Shown: in pieces, positions 10,127 through 21,840 of the stretch
Numbering within the stretch: position 1 is the stretch's first letter
Layout of the letters: each line of letters begins with the position of its first letter
Made by a program: the position numbers and the translations under genes
Notes under the pieces: model-generated
What the model was told of the DNA's origin: nothing
What the model saw: the letters and a program-made list of their open reading frames with translations, nothing else
Database searches by the model: none
Source: an uncultured delta proteobacterium
GTDB taxonomy: Bacteria > Desulfobacterota > Binatia > UBA9968
Direction: 5' to 3'
Assembly (NCBI GenBank): GCA_963745035.1
Contig: CAVUVW010000013.1
Location: 1,344,001-1,408,000 of the forward strand
Length of the DNA: 64,000 bases

Positions 10127-12592
10127 TTAAACCGGCGGAGGGTCCATTTCTCGGGCAAAATGCCTGTGCTTAGCAATCGCGTGGATGAACTGTCCTAGGC
10201 CCTCCTCAAAACGGCCATCGGGGAATCGCAGCACCCCAGGATCGGGGTCGCCGTTTGGTAGCGTCAATGGCACGCCGGCATTTTCCACTAGGTCCTGGCC
10301 CGCGCCCAGCACCAGAATCGGTTTGCAATGACGATATTGTTCCTTGATAAATTCGACCGCTTGTCCCTGGTTACCGAGCGTTTTTATAGCTTCGCGCCCG
10401 CCCGGTACTATAAGCGCGTCGTAGAGCACCGCCGGAACCGCTTCCAGCGTCGTCTCGACTTCGATGAGGTCTCCGTCTGCGCTTTGCACGCTGCCGAAGC
10501 GGGCAGCGACGAAGCGCGGCACCGCCCCTTTTGCGGCGAGGCCGTTATGCAACGCTATCAGGTCTGCGCCAACGACGCCGTCCGCCAATAGAATGGCTAT
10601 CCTTCGTGTCCGTATGCTGCCGTCACCAGGTCGTTCGAACAGCGAGAGGGCGGGCGATGCCTTGACCTCGGGCGCCGTCGGTTTTTCGATTACTTTCGGC
10701 AAAGGCGCGGGGAGAGGCATGCCGAGCCCTTTGGCGACGCTCGCGGCAAGATCATCTGCGACGTTGGCGAGCATGGCGACGACACGCTGCCGCACGGCTG
10801 GGATCTGCACCCGCGACAACTCAAACCGAAACGCCCGGATGATATGCGCCTTCTCAACATCGGTCTGGCTGTTCCAGAACAGCGTCGCCTGTGTGTAATG
10901 ATCCGCGAAGCGCTCCGGCTTGCCGCGCACCTGGTCCCCGACCAGAGGCTCTGGAAACGAGGTAAAACCAGCCCCGCCGGCCTGGAAAGGACAGCCCCCT
11001 GCTAGAGAGTTGGGTTCGTATGCGACGCGGCCGCGATTGATCGCCTGGCGATGCATTCCATCACGCTGATTGTTGTGCGGCGGCGCCACCGGCGCATTAA
11101 TGGGAATTTCATGAAAGTTGGGGCCGCCGAGACGCGATATCTGCGTGTCTACATAGGAGTGAATGCGACCGGCCAAAAGTGGATCGTTGGAAAAGTCCAA
11201 TCCTGGAACGATGTGCGCGGCGCAGAATGCAACCTGCTCGGTTTCAGTAAAGAAATTGTCCGGGTTGCGGTTGAGAACCATTTTCCCAACAGGCGTCACA
11301 GGCACCAGTTCTTCCGGGACAATTTTCGTAGAGTCCAGTACATCGAAGCTGAATTTATCCGCCTGCTCTTGAGTGAAGATCTGCATGCCGAACTCATACT
11401 CCGGGTAGGCGCCGGATTCGATCGCTTCCCACAAGTCGCGGCGATGGAAGTCGGCGTCTGCGCCTGAGATCTTGACCGCTTCGTCCCAAGCGAGCGAATG
11501 GGTGCCGGCGATCGGGCGCCAGTGGAATTTTACGAAACGAGACTCGCCTTCTTCGTTGATCAATCGGAACGTATGCACGCCGAAGCCCTGCATCATGCGG
11601 TAGCTTCGGGGAATGGCCCGATCCGACATCGCCCACATCATCATATGCGTCGATTCCGGCGTTAGCGAGATAAAGTCCCAGAACGTATCGTGGGCGGTTG
11701 ACGCCTGCGGCACCGCGAAATGAGGCTCAGGTTTGGCGGCGTGAACCAGATCCGGAAATTTCATAGCGTCCTGAATGAAAAAAACCGGAATGTTGTTGCC
11801 GACCAAATCCCAATTGCCTTGGTCGGTATAGAATTTTACGGCGAAACCGCGCACATCGCGCACGGTGTCGGCAGAGCCCCGTTCGCCTATGACGGTCGAG
11901 AAGCGCACGAACACCGGTGTTTGTTTGCCGGCCTCGGCGAAGAGCGACGCAGCCGTCAATTTTTTGAGCGAATCGTAGCATTGGAAATACCCATGTGCAG
12001 CCGAACCGCGGGCATGGACTATGCGCTCCGGTATACGCTCGTGATCGAAATGAGTGATCTTCTCGCGCAGAATAAAATCTTGGAGCAGCGCCGGCCCGCG
12101 ATATCCAGCTTTGAGCGAATTCTGATTATCGGCGACGGGCACACCCTGGTTAGTGGTGAGCGCTTGGCCGCTCGAATCGACCCGAACCCGGTCGAGTGGA
12201 AGACTGCTTGGATTGATCCCTAGCTGTGGCTTACCCGAGCCAGTCTTATCGGAAGGATTGCCTTCGGTTAACGTGCTGCCCGTGGCTGACGGATCGGCGG
12301 GCGTAGTCTGCCCTTCTTGAGGGTGAGTAGATAGTTCGCCGTGCTCGAGCGCCTTGTTCGTATTATGGGGCATCGCCGCAACCAGCTTTTCCGTGGCATC
12401 GAACTTGGCAACCAAAGCATCCCCGGTATTTTCGGTACCGGACTCGCGGCGGTGCGCAGGACCGCTGACGGTGGAACGCGAACTGGTTTTAGCCACCGTC
12501 GCACCTCGAGGTTGGTTGCTGCTCGTTTTCCCCGTGGTCGAACCTCCTTTGGAGGAGCGCGAAGAAGGAGAATGTTTTTTTCGGGTTGCCAT
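10127..12592 (-). CDS. katE: Large-subunit catalase HPII with C-terminal DJ-1/PfpI-like domain
   Basis: [35 protein letters not shown] heme-ligand motif. Confidence 0.95.
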   Translation of the reverse strand: MATRKKHSPSSRSSKGGSTTGKTSSNQPRGATVAKTSSRSTVSGPAHRRESGTENTGDALVAKFDATEKLVAAMPHNTNKALEHGELSTHPQEGQTTPADPSATGSTLTEGNPSDKTGSGKPQLGINPSSLPLDRVRVDSSGQALTTNQGVPVADNQNSLKAGYRGPALLQDFILREKITHFDHERIPERIVHARGSAAHGYFQCYDSLKKLTAASLFAEAGKQTPVFVRFSTVIGERGSADTVRDVRGFAVKFYTDQGNWDLVGNNIPVFFIQDAMKFPDLVHAAKPEPHFAVPQASTAHDTFWDFISLTPESTHMMMWAMSDRAIPRSYRMMQGFGVHTFRLINEEGESRFVKFHWRPIAGTHSLAWDEAVKISGADADFHRRDLWEAIESGAYPEYEFGMQIFTQEQADKFSFDVLDSTKIVPEELVPVTPVGKMVLNRNPDNFFTETEQVAFCAAHIVPGLDFSNDPLLAGRIHSYVDTQISRLGGPNFHEIPINAPVAPPHNNQRDGMHRQAINRGRVAYEPNSLAGGCPFQAGGAGFTSFPEPLVGDQVRGKPERFADHYTQATLFWNSQTDVEKAHIIRAFRFELSRVQIPAVRQRVVAMLANVADDLAASVAKGLGMPLPAPLPKVIEKPTAPEVKASPALSLFERPGDGSIRTRRIAILLADGVVGADLIALHNGLAAKGAVPRFVAARFGSVQSADGDLIEVETTLEAVPAVLYDALIVPGGREAIKTLGNQGQAVEFIKEQYRHCKPILVLGAGQDLVENAGVPLTLPNGDPDPGVLRFPDGRFEEGLGQFIHAIAKHRHFAREMDPPPV

Positions 12593-12760
12593 GGTAATTT
12601 TTCTTTCTTAAATTTTTTAATTTAGCTTTCGACGCGATGCTCCCAAGCTACCGCTAGACGCCGGGCGGACGCGCGCCATCCGAGAATAAAGGATACCCCG
12701 GAAACGCGCGCCCACTACCGGCGTTTGGTTTCTATGAGAAGCGAGAACCCTCGGGAAATT

Positions 12761-13354
12761 CTAAAGCATCTCCTGGCGGCTTTGCTTGGCGCGTGCGGCG
12801 CCGATTGCCGTCTTAACATCCTTTTCCTCTTCGGGAGGGGGGATCACGGCGGGTAAGCCGAGCGACTCTATCCATAGTTCCCGGGCCCATCCGGTACTAT
12901 GATACAGATGCTCGTCTTCTTCCTCTTCTACCTGTTCGTGGGCTTCCTTCAGAGCTTTGCCATCCTCACCTTTGGTTTTCTCGGCGACCTGGGCGATAAG
13001 CTCCCAGTTCAAGTGGTCTTTGGTCTCCGCTTCGACCACGCATTCCGCGGCAACGATCTGAGCAGCTTCCGGTTTGCCCGACTCCAATGCCATCTCCATG
13101 GCCTTCACCAATGATTCCCCGATGTGGCGCACGACCTTCCGACCCGGAGTCTCCTTGTCGGGATCGAGCTTAAACTTACCGAGGAGTTCGCGAACGATTT
13201 GCTCGTGCTTTTGGGTCTGCTCCAGGTACTCTTCCCATTCTTTCTTGAGGTCCTTGTTCACGGTGCAACGTATTGCCGTTTTATAGACCTGCACCCCACC
13301 TATCTCGGTTTCTAATGCTTCATAGAGAAGCTGATTCAATTGTTCGTCTTTCAT
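12761..13354 (-). CDS. Ferritin-like (DUF892/YciF-like) stress protein
   Basis: LYEALETEIGGVQVY, EQTQKH, ETKDHLNW, EEEEDEHLYH. Confidence 0.7.
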   Translation of the reverse strand: MKDEQLNQLLYEALETEIGGVQVYKTAIRCTVNKDLKKEWEEYLEQTQKHEQIVRELLGKFKLDPDKETPGRKVVRHIGESLVKAMEMALESGKPEAAQIVAAECVVEAETKDHLNWELIAQVAEKTKGEDGKALKEAHEQVEEEEDEHLYHSTGWARELWIESLGLPAVIPPPEEEKDVKTAIGAARAKQSRQEML

Positions 13355-13423
13355 TTATGGTCTCCTGTTAATCATGTGCAGCCGCGCAGCAGAAAGAGAA
13401 TGACATGAAAGTATTCTCACGGG

Positions 13424-13988
13424 CTATACGCGACCTCGATATCCCACGGTGGGTTGCTCCTTGTCTTTGTCGGGGACGCTTTCTTCACCGGTAGAGGAAA
13501 TATCGTGCGCGCCGGCATGCTCAAAGATTTCCTTTGCGCGCTTAACTTCGTCACTATTTTCCGAGTGCACGGAAATCAGAATGTTGCCCTCTTTGATTTT
13601 TCCCTCGTACTGCTTGGCTTCATACTCCGGGATGCCCAAGCCGATTAAGGCGCCCGAAAGCCCGCCAACCGCGGCGCCGACACCGGCTCCGGCGAGCGCG
13701 GCCATGATCGGTCCGGCGGCGATAAAGGGTCCGACGCCCGGAATAGCCAATGAGCCGATGCCCACAAGCCAGCCGAATACTCCACCCAGAACTCCGCCGG
13801 TACCAGCACCCGTTGCCGCTCCTTCTGGCGCCTTGGTGTTCTTTTCGTGCGCAAAATCTCTTCGTTCCCGATTTGTCGGGAAACAGCACTGAGATATCAT
13901 TGTTGGAAAACCCGGCGGCCTTAAGGCCATCGACGATCCCTGCGGCTTGCGCTTCACTATCAACCAAACCGAAAACTGCTTTAGCCAT
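13424..13988 (-). CDS. General stress protein (Gly-zipper membrane, YflT/DUF3341-like), frameshift near 13860
   Basis: MAKAVFGLVD...GFSNNDISVL joins TKAPEGAATGAGTGG...GIPEYEAKQYE. Confidence 0.75.
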
Positions 13989-14002
13989 AATTTTCTCCTT
14001 GT

Positions 14003-14390
14003 TTAGCTTGCGATCTCTAATTGGTTATCGACTTTCTTTACACCAGCGACCTGTTTGGCCTTCGCTTCGATCTCAACTTTCTCTTTGTCGCTCTTGACGG
14101 GTCCCCGCAGCGTGACCGTGCCATCATTGGTGATAATCTTGACGTTCTTTGCGTTCGTGGAAAGAGAGTCGTCCGCTGTAAGGGCCTGTCTTATGTTCTG
14201 AGTGATCGTCCGGTCTGCCTCGTTCTCGGACTGATCCCCTGCCGTCTTGTTTGCTTCGTTCCTGTCCCGGACGTTGCGCCCGGTATTGTCCGGCTCGACT
14301 GCGGCTTGAGACACTGGTTTTTCCTCCCGATCTCTTTGAACAACCGGCGATCAGAACCACTGTAAGCAGCAATAGCGTGATGCTTTTCAT
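14003..14390 (-). CDS. BON-domain (OsmY-like) lipoprotein, frameshifted
   Basis: Lipobox LIAGC; PDNTGRNVRDR, DQSENEAD, NVKIITNDGTVTLRGPV, GVKKVDNQL. Confidence 0.8.
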
Positions 14391-14431
14391 TCGATCTCCT
14401 CTTTGAAAATTTGAAAACTAAACAACTGCAA

Positions 14432-14447
14432 CGCAATTAACATACCG
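14432..14447 (-). promoter_or_regulatory. Putative sigma54 -24/-12 promoter of the stress islet genes
   Basis: Minus strand CGGTATGTTAATTGCG (GG-N10-GC), ~40 bp upstream of the BON gene. Confidence 0.5.
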
Positions 14448-14873
14448 GGCACATAACATCGATTTACCAAGGATTTTCAGGGGCTAGAGCACGGTTCGTC
14501 CTAAAACTAAGATTTCGTTTTAAAGTGTGTCCGATGTAACGTCATCGACGCCCTTTCATCGAACGCAGATAGTAGCGCTGACGTCTTTCGAGAAGGAAAG
14601 TTGGGCGGGCGTCATCCTCTGAGAGAAGATTAATCGAGTAGCTCAACTCATCGCTGGGTTCCGGTGTCGCCTTGAGCCTCGCGTTCTGGCCCGGCCAGAT
14701 CGCGTTGGCCTTGCAGCCCGCCGAAAAGTCACCAATGAGGGCAAAGCCGCGCTATTGGAATTTATTACAAGCCGGGAGCACAATTATTCGCGAGCTGGCC
14801 GGTAGCGCTGAAGGCTGATTTACCGGGTCGGTGATGAGTCGATTCGAATCCGAAGAGGCGGCAGGCAGAGCTG

Positions 14874-15179
14874 CTAAAGAGTATATGAAACGTCCAAGTC
14901 GCCTATCTCCTCGATTGTTTCGCCGATATGTCTTTTTAGCAGAAGACCAATGAAGGAACCGAAGGCCGGGTTCTCAAAAGCCAGTGAGCCGACGTAAGGT
15001 TTGTCGTTGTAGGTGATATGCACAAAGCATCTCGCGGTGCGTCCAGATCTCACACCGATGTGCGTTAATACGCCGATTTCCCCGGCTAGAGTTTTGTTAT
15101 TGGCGTATTTTTCAATCCAGACCGGCGGCCAATTTCGCATCGTGCGATAGACCATGAGCGGATGGTCGCGAAGCTTCAT
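14874..15179 (-). CDS. Hypothetical protein (MKLRDHPLM...NWPPVW...IEEIGDLDVSYTL)
   Basis: Protein-like composition from Met at 15179; no recognised domain. Confidence 0.6.
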   Translation of the reverse strand: MKLRDHPLMVYRTMRNWPPVWIEKYANNKTLAGEIGVLTHIGVRSGRTARCFVHITYNDKPYVGSLAFENPAFGSFIGLLLKRHIGETIEEIGDLDVSYTL

Positions 15180-15295
15180 AACCGTATTCGGACAACAAAA
15201 GGTATTTTCTAAGTTTAGGTGCCGAACATATCCTCGCCCTGCCCGGTTTTCCAAGGGTTCAAATCGGATATAGAGTGCGCCTACCGCAGGACTCT

Positions 15296-16856
15296 TCACA
15301 CAGGCTCATTCTGCACCTTTTTGTTTTCTAATAGACTCTCTGCGAGCTGCAGGATTTCCTTAACGCCGGCCGGCTTGACCATGATACCGTCGAAGCCCGA
15401 TTCCTTGGCGCGCTGCTGCACTTCTTCCTGCGCCCATCCAGTCACGGCGATCATCACGCTCTCCTTGCCGGAGGGTAGCTCGCGCATCCGCTCGCATGTA
15501 TCAAATCCATTGAGTCGCGGCATGCCGACGTCGAGTAAGACGACGTTGGGTCGAAAACTCTCCATGAGCGCTATGCCGCTCTCTCCATCCGGAGCGGTTT
15601 CGACTTCGTGCCCGCGCTTGCGCAGCAGCATCGAATACATTTCCCGCGTCCGCGGTCCATCATCGACGATCAAGATTCGCCAGCGAGCTTCGCTGCCGCT
15701 CGCCTCGCCGCCCGCGCCTTGCGCCGAGCTGGATTCCTCCACTTGATTCAGGATGGGCAGAAAAACCAGGAACTCGCTGCCCTTGCCGAGTCCCTCGCTC
15801 CGTACTTCCAATGTTCCCCCATGGAGCTCTACGAGCCGTCGCGCCAGCGCGAGACCGAGCCCTAGACCGGACTCGGACCACTCAAGGGAACGATCCACCT
15901 GATAGAACTTATCGCATATGTGCGACAATTGATCGCTCGCGATACCGATGCCGCTGTCCTTGACCGAAATAGTCGCTTTGTCTCCCTCCACCGATGTGGC
16001 CAGCCAAATTTTTCCGCCGTTGGGAGTGTATTTTGCGGCATTGTTGAGGAGGTTGACCAGAACCTGCACCAGGCGTACGAGATCGCCTTCGATCTGCACA
16101 CGTTCGGCTGGAAATGCCACCACTGCCTCATGCCCGTGGGATGCCAGAAAGGCCCGGCTCGCTTCCACCGAGCTCCTGAGAACATCCGACAAGCGCAGCC
16201 TCTCTTTTCGCAGCTCGAGCTTGTCACGCGTGATGCGCGCCACGTCCAGCAAATCATCGATCAAGCGGGCCAGGTGATTTACTTGTTGGTCAATGACATC
16301 GTGACTCAATTGCACTTCGGCATCGAGCCCCGGGTGGAGGCGCAACAGATCCACCGCGCCGCGGATCGGATGAAGCGGATTTCTCAGCTCGTGCGCCAGG
16401 GTTGCCAGAAAATCATCCTTCTGCCGGTCAGCCTCTCGCAATTGGGCAAGTAAATGCCGGTTCTCTTCCTCGCGTTTGTAAAGCCGCAACAGCGCTTGCA
16501 CCGTCGCCAACAGCTCCGTACTTTCCACCGGTTCCGTCAAATAGGTATCCGCGCCGCACTCCGAGCCCCAGCACCCGGTCCGGCGTGGTGATGTGCGATG
16601 CCGAGATTTGCAGGACCATGATGTGCGAGCTGGCCGGATCCTCTTTGATCTTCCGGCAGACATCCATGCCGCTGATATCGGGCAGCTTGACGTCGAGTAA
16701 CACGAGCTGCGGCGTCGACTCACTGACAAGCCTTAATGCATCGGCGCCCGTGCCCGCTTCCACCACCTCGTAACCGGCCCGCTTTAAGATCCGGCTCTTG
16801 GCGTATCTTCCGGCCTCGTCATCATCGACATTCAATATCAAGTTTTCCGTATTCAT
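15296..16856 (-). CDS. Hybrid histidine kinase REC-HisKA-HATPase-REC, frameshift near 16560
   Basis: ILNVDDD...LLDVKLPD; LAHELRNPL; NAAKYT, GLGLGL; C-terminal REC. Confidence 0.85.
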
Positions 16857-16869
16857 TTCTCGCTCCAGG

Positions 16870-19075
16870 CTAATTGTGGGTCGGCGGGTTAGTAGACACC
16901 GTTTCCAGTACTGTGTTCGCTAAAAGCTGCTCGATTCGATCGCGCGACAACTCGCCTTTGCTCAAGATACCGCACGCATCCGTCAAACGCCCGCGATCCA
17001 GTTCGTTGAGATTAAGCGACGTGACGATTGCGACGGGTATCGACCGCATCGCCGGGATCGGCTTTCAGTTGTTCCAACACCTCAAAACCCGATACGTCGG
17101 GCATGTCGAGGTCGAGAAAAATAAATGCCGGATTGAGTTCCTTCGCCATGCGCAGGCCTTCGATGCCGTTCCTCGCCTGGCGTACGACAAACGGCAGGTC
17201 CTGGACCAGGCGTGCACAGAATGTAACGCGCCGGGCCGTGATCGTCGATGATGAGCACGCGTCGCTCCGAAATCTGCGCATGCCCAGTCCTCCGTCTGTC
17301 CTCCCGACGTTCCGCGCCGGTAAGGCGCTCAAGCGATTGCAGTAACGCTTCGCGACTGATCGGCTTGACGCAATATTCATCGGCTCCCAACGCGTAGCCC
17401 TTGGCCTCGTCTTCCACCGTCGTCAGCACGAGAACGGGGATGGCTTGCGTCACCGCGTCGGTCTTGAGCTCGGCCAGCCAATGTCCAGGCATCCTCGCCG
17501 CGTAGAATGATGTCCAACACGATGGCGCGCGGCTGAATCTGGCGCATGACATTACGCACTTCCCTGAGATTGCCGGCCGGAATCATCTGAAAGACACTGT
17601 TACGAAGATAATTCTGGTAAATCAGCCGAGTTTGCAGCTTCGTCTTCCAAGACAAGCACCGGAACGCGACCCTCCTCGACTTGCCACCCCCTTTCCGTTG
17701 TCTGATCGTGAGAAACTTCTTCTTCTGGTTTCACGTGCTCGACGGGAATGGTGATCGAGAACGTCGAGCCCATGCCCAGTCGGCTTGTCAATTCGATCTT
17801 GCCGCCCATCAGCTTCGCCAACTTGCGGCACAAAGGCAAGCCAAGGCCGGTCCCTTTGACTTTGCGCTGTACCGGGTTATCGATCTGGGTGAACTCTTCG
17901 AATATCCGCTCCTGATCCGCTTCGGCGATGCCAATGCCGGTATCGGCGACCGAGAATGTTATCGTTTCGTTCGCCTCGTTCCACTTCGCCGCCACGCGCA
18001 CTTCGCCGCGCTCGGTGAACTTCAGCGCGTTGGCGATAAAATTGCGCAGAATCTGCGAGAGCTTGCTCTCATCCGAGTACAGAGCCGGAATGTCGCGCGG
18101 CTCATCGAAAACCAGCCGGACGGATTCGCCCGCCAGCAACGGGCGCAGCATGCCGCGAAGCGCGCTAAAAAGATTGCCCACGGTAAATTCCGTCGGTTGA
18201 ACCTCGATCTTGCCGGCCTCGATCTTGGCCAAGTCGAGGAGGTCATTCACCAACTCCAACAGGCTTTCGGCGCCCTTGCGGATAAAGCCCACCTGGACTT
18301 CCTGCTCACCCGTCAACTCGCCGTCGGCCCGTTCGAGCAACAACTGCGATAAGGCGAGAATGGAATTCAGCGGTGTGCGGAATTCGTGGCTCATGTTGGA
18401 GAGAAAACTCGTCTTCATTTCGTCCGCGCGGCGCAGATGGTTGGCTCGTTCATCGAGCTCGGCATAGAGAGCGACAACTCCGCGATTGGTGTCTTCCAGT
18501 TCCTGGTTAAGCCGCGCGAGCTCGTCATGGCGTTCCCGCGCCTCGGCCAGGGCGCCCAGCAATTCCTGGTTTTGTTGCTTGACCTCGTCGAACGGGTTTT
18601 CGGGACGCTGACCGGCGAGACCGGCCGCTATCTCGGCGGAGCGTTTGGACGTAACCAACGGAAGGCGCCGCGGCAGGAGCTTCTTGAGAATAATCTCGGT
18701 GCCGGCTCCAGGCTTCGTATGGATCTCGCTTTGATCCACCAGCCGCCGGGCGCCGATGATGCCGAGTCCCATACCCGTGTGCGACTGATAGCGCCCTTCG
18801 AGGATATCCTTGAGATTCTTGATGCCCGGCCCTTGGTCTTTGATAATGACCTGAAAAATCTGCGGCACGGTGGCTCCCTCGACGGAAAACTCCACCCTGC
18901 CGCCGCCGCCATAGCCATAGGCGTTGCGCGCCAGCTCCGAGACCGCGGTCGCAAGACGCGTTTGATCCTGAGAATCGAAGCCCAGCTCTTTGGCGATCTG
19001 GCGCGTCCGCTGCCGCGCCAAGACGACGTCCTGCTCGTACTTGATGGCGACCGTCGTTATTGTCGGAGAGGCCAT
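16870..19075 (-). CDS. Hybrid kinase: RsbT-like ATPase domain + HisKA + HATPase + two REC domains (several frameshifts 17050-17630)
   Basis: ATAVSELARNA and GMGLGIIGARRL (RsbT-like); MSHEFRTPL; GTGLGL; REC fragments; last frame ends ...TNPPTHN* at 16870. Confidence 0.8.
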
Positions 19076-19086
19076 ACCGATCAAGC

Positions 19087-20140
19087 CTAACAGCAATACC
19101 GTTTGAATCCTGCATCATCACTCGCGCCGGCGGCAAGCACCGTCGCATCGTCCCGCCCGCGGTTGCAATCGCGATAAAGCACGCCGGCGACGAGGCCGGG
19201 ATGGCGCCGCGCCAATGCCGGATAAGCCCCGAGATCCCAGCGCGCCGTCAAGCCGTCGGAATGCATGATCAAGAGCGACTCCGTGCTCCACGGATAAGTG
19301 AATTCGCTGATCTTGCGCGCTTCCTGGCCGACGATGCCGTTGTGCGAGACGAGATGGCGAACGTTCACCGTTCCTCAAAAGCGTCGCCGTGATATTACCG
19401 ACGCCGCAAAAGCGCACGATGTTTCTTGCCGGATCGATCTGCCCAACAGCCAGCGCGGCGCCGCGGGTGCTGCGCAGCGCGCCGTGCGCGCGCTCGACAA
19501 GCTCTGCCGGCGAACTGTCGCGATATTCCTTTGCCATGGCCAGCGCGGCGTGCGCCGCTATCGCCGCATCGGGACCGTGTCCCAGCCCGTCGGCGACGGT
19601 ACAGATATATTTGCCTTTCAGACGCTCGACTCCCCAGCCATCGCCTGAAACTTCTTGGCCGGGCATCGGCAGGCATACGGCGCCAAACTCCATTTCCGCG
19701 TGATCCGGCCGCTTCGGCTGTCCCGCCCAAAAGCGCGCCAAAACCGCCGTGCCTTTGCCTGGCATGGAATGAATATCGAATTGCCGGGCAAGCCTTTTGA
19801 TCGCTCCCAGTCCCGTGCCCGGACTTCCCGCGGTCGAATATCCGTCACTCAGGCACCGCGCGAGATTGGCTATTCCCGGTCCGTGATCGAGCGCCATGCA
19901 GCTCGAACCCTGCCCCCCGGTGCAGCAAGCGCGCGAGGATCCGCCCCGCCTCGGCGTGCTTTATAAGATTGGTCGCGAGCTCGGTGGCGACGAGCGAAAC
20001 ATTGGCGGTTTCTACGTCGTCAAAATCGACGTCGCCCGGCCAGCCGGCTGGCCAGCCGCCGCGCTTCGGCAACGTCGCTCGACGTGACGGACTTCGAGAA
20101 ATTGCTGATCGCTCAATATCGAGTTCAGGTGGTCCGCCAT
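19087..20140 (-). CDS. RsbX-like PP2C/SpoIIE phosphatase with N-terminal HATPase domain (frameshifted)
   Basis: VATELATNLIKHA, DGYSTAGSPGTGLGA, VADGLGHG, MHSDGL, GRDDAT. Confidence 0.75.
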
Positions 20141-20538
20141 CGAGTGATCATCACTTTCGTGCCGCGGCCGGGCGTAGAGTCGATTTCAAATTCGTTGACG
20201 AGCCGTTTCGCGCCGCCGAGACCAAGTCCCATGCCGCTGCCGGTAGTAAAGCCATCTTTCATTGCTTGTTCCAGATCCTTGATGCCGGGCCCTTCGTCGG
20301 AAAACGTTAGCTTGAGACCCCGCCGCGATTCATTGTTGAGCACCTGCATTTGCACCGCGCCGCCGCCGCCATAATCGAGCGTATTGCGCGCGAGCTCGCT
20401 TGCCGCGGTGACCATTTTTGTCTGTTCGACCAAGCTAAACCCTAGCGAGATGGCCCACTCGCGGACGATCTGCCGAACTTTGACGATGTCGCTCGAGGAG
20501 CTGATCGCGGCGGTCTCATCTTTCAGAATTGCGACCAA
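20125..20538 (-). CDS. rsbT: Stressosome serine kinase RsbT
   Basis: VTAASELARN, DEGPGI, GMGLGLGGAKRLVNEF. Confidence 0.9.
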   Translation of the reverse strand: MVAILKDETAAISSSSDIVKVRQIVREWAISLGFSLVEQTKMVTAASELARNTLDYGGGGAVQMQVLNNESRRGLKLTFSDEGPGIKDLEQAMKDGFTTGSGMGLGLGGAKRLVNEFEIDSTPGRGTKVMITRWRTT

Positions 20539-20905
20539 AAAATTCCTTGCCTTTCAGCGAGTCCCCTAACATCGCCATGCCTTTTTCCACGTTGAGCGCG
20601 GTGCGCACACCTGGCAGCGCCATGCCCAATTCGACCAAAGTGATCGCCACCGCCGGCTTCATGCCGACGAGAACCGTTTCGGCGTCGAGCATACGCGCCA
20701 TGCCGGCGATATTGCCGATCATGCGGCCGATGAAGGAGTCGACGATTTCCAAGGATGAGATGTCGATCAGCACGCCGTGAGCGCGATGCGCGACGATTTG
20801 CTGGGTCAAATCGTCTTGCAGGGTGATCGCAAGCTGGTCGTGCATATCGACCTGGATGCTCACCAGCAAAAATTCGCCCATTTTAAGAATTGGAATGCGT
20901 TCCAT
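20516..20905 (-). CDS. rsbS: Stressosome STAS protein RsbS
   Basis: MERIPILKMG...IDISSLEIVDSFIGR...AVAITLVELG. Confidence 0.9.
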   Translation of the reverse strand: MERIPILKMGEFLLVSIQVDMHDQLAITLQDDLTQQIVAHRAHGVLIDISSLEIVDSFIGRMIGNIAGMARMLDAETVLVGMKPAVAITLVELGMALPGVRTALNVEKGMAMLGDSLKGKEFFGRNSER

Positions 20906-20916
20906 CGCGCCGTTCC

Positions 20917-21772
20917 TTACGCCTTTGGCTACGCGCGTCACGGCCGCGCCGGTCCGCTGCAGAGCGACGGCAAAAGCGTCGGCCAAGGTAGCCTTGGTGA
21001 TCACATCGGAGAGGTTTACGCCGAGGTGGACGATGGTCTGAGCGATCTGCGGACGCATGCCGCTGATGATGCAATCGGCGCCCATCAGGCGAGCCGCGGC
21101 GACGGTTTTCAAGAGATGTTGAGCGACCAAGGTATCGACCGTCGGCACGCCGGTAATGTCGATAATGGCAATCAAAGCCTCGTTGTCGACGATCTTTTGC
21201 AACAGATTTTCCATCACGACCTGAGTGCGCGCGCTGTCCAAGGTGCCGATCAGCGGCAGGGCGACGATGTTCTCCCACAACTCGACGACGGGTGTCGAGA
21301 GCTCCAGCAACTCCTCCTGCTGCCGCCGATGACCGATTCACGGCTTTGCTGATATGCCTCGGTCGTATACAAACCGAGCTTATCGAGCAGCACAGTCATG
21401 AGCCAGACTTCCGTGGCGAGTTTTTCACCGTCTTTGAGTTCCTTGCGCAACAGGTCAAAGACCGGCTGTTTCAGTGAAAAAACGAACATTGCCGTTTCGG
21501 TCGCGGTGAACCCCTGGGTCGCCCGGCTGCGCGATAGCCCGGCAAGCAGCTCTTTTACCGGCTTCCAGGCCGGCGCCTCGGTGTTCTCCGACTCGGCGAC
21601 GATCGCGGCGGCAAAATACTGCAAGAACTCGCGCGACTGTTCGCGCAGCTCGCGTTCCTTTATCAGATCCGCGCGGAAGGTCGTTGCGGATTGTTGCAGG
21701 GAGATCCACTGTTCCAAGAATCTGTTGCTCGTTCTTCTGGACAAGCTGAGCTATCGCCGTTGCCTGGGCCAT
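20917..21772 (-). CDS. rsbR: Stressosome protein RsbR (RsbRD-type N domain + STAS), frameshifted
   Basis: SRSRATQGFTATETAMFVFSLK; LELSTPVV, LPLIGTLDSART, IDITGVPTVDT. Confidence 0.85.
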
Positions 21773-21840
21773 CGTTCGCTCCTTTTTGACTCGCCACTGA
21801 TGCCGATTATCGAGAGGGGACGGTGATTCGGGAAAAAAAC

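Larger units (their letters stand above)
9243..14805. mobile_element. Genomic islet bounded by a diverged direct repeat of the TPP gene 3' end (9243-9360 and 14689-14805)
   Basis: ~118-bp imperfect direct repeat with a 20-bp identical core GGCAAAGCCGCGCTATTGGA (9295-9314, 14740-14759); AT-richer cargo; no integrase. Confidence 0.7.

Noticed and set aside
12200-12592. Long low-complexity N-terminal extension of KatE
   Set aside because: Large-subunit catalases commonly have variable N-terminal arms
9243-14805. Repeat pair as a diversity-generating retroelement TR/VR
   Set aside because: Mismatches are not adenine-specific, distal ones are mostly synonymous, and no reverse transcriptase is present
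20516-21310. Apparent RsbR-RsbS fusion ORF
   Set aside because: A TAA plus AAGGA RBS sits out of frame just before the rsbS ATG (20905); one indel explains it in an indel-rich sequence
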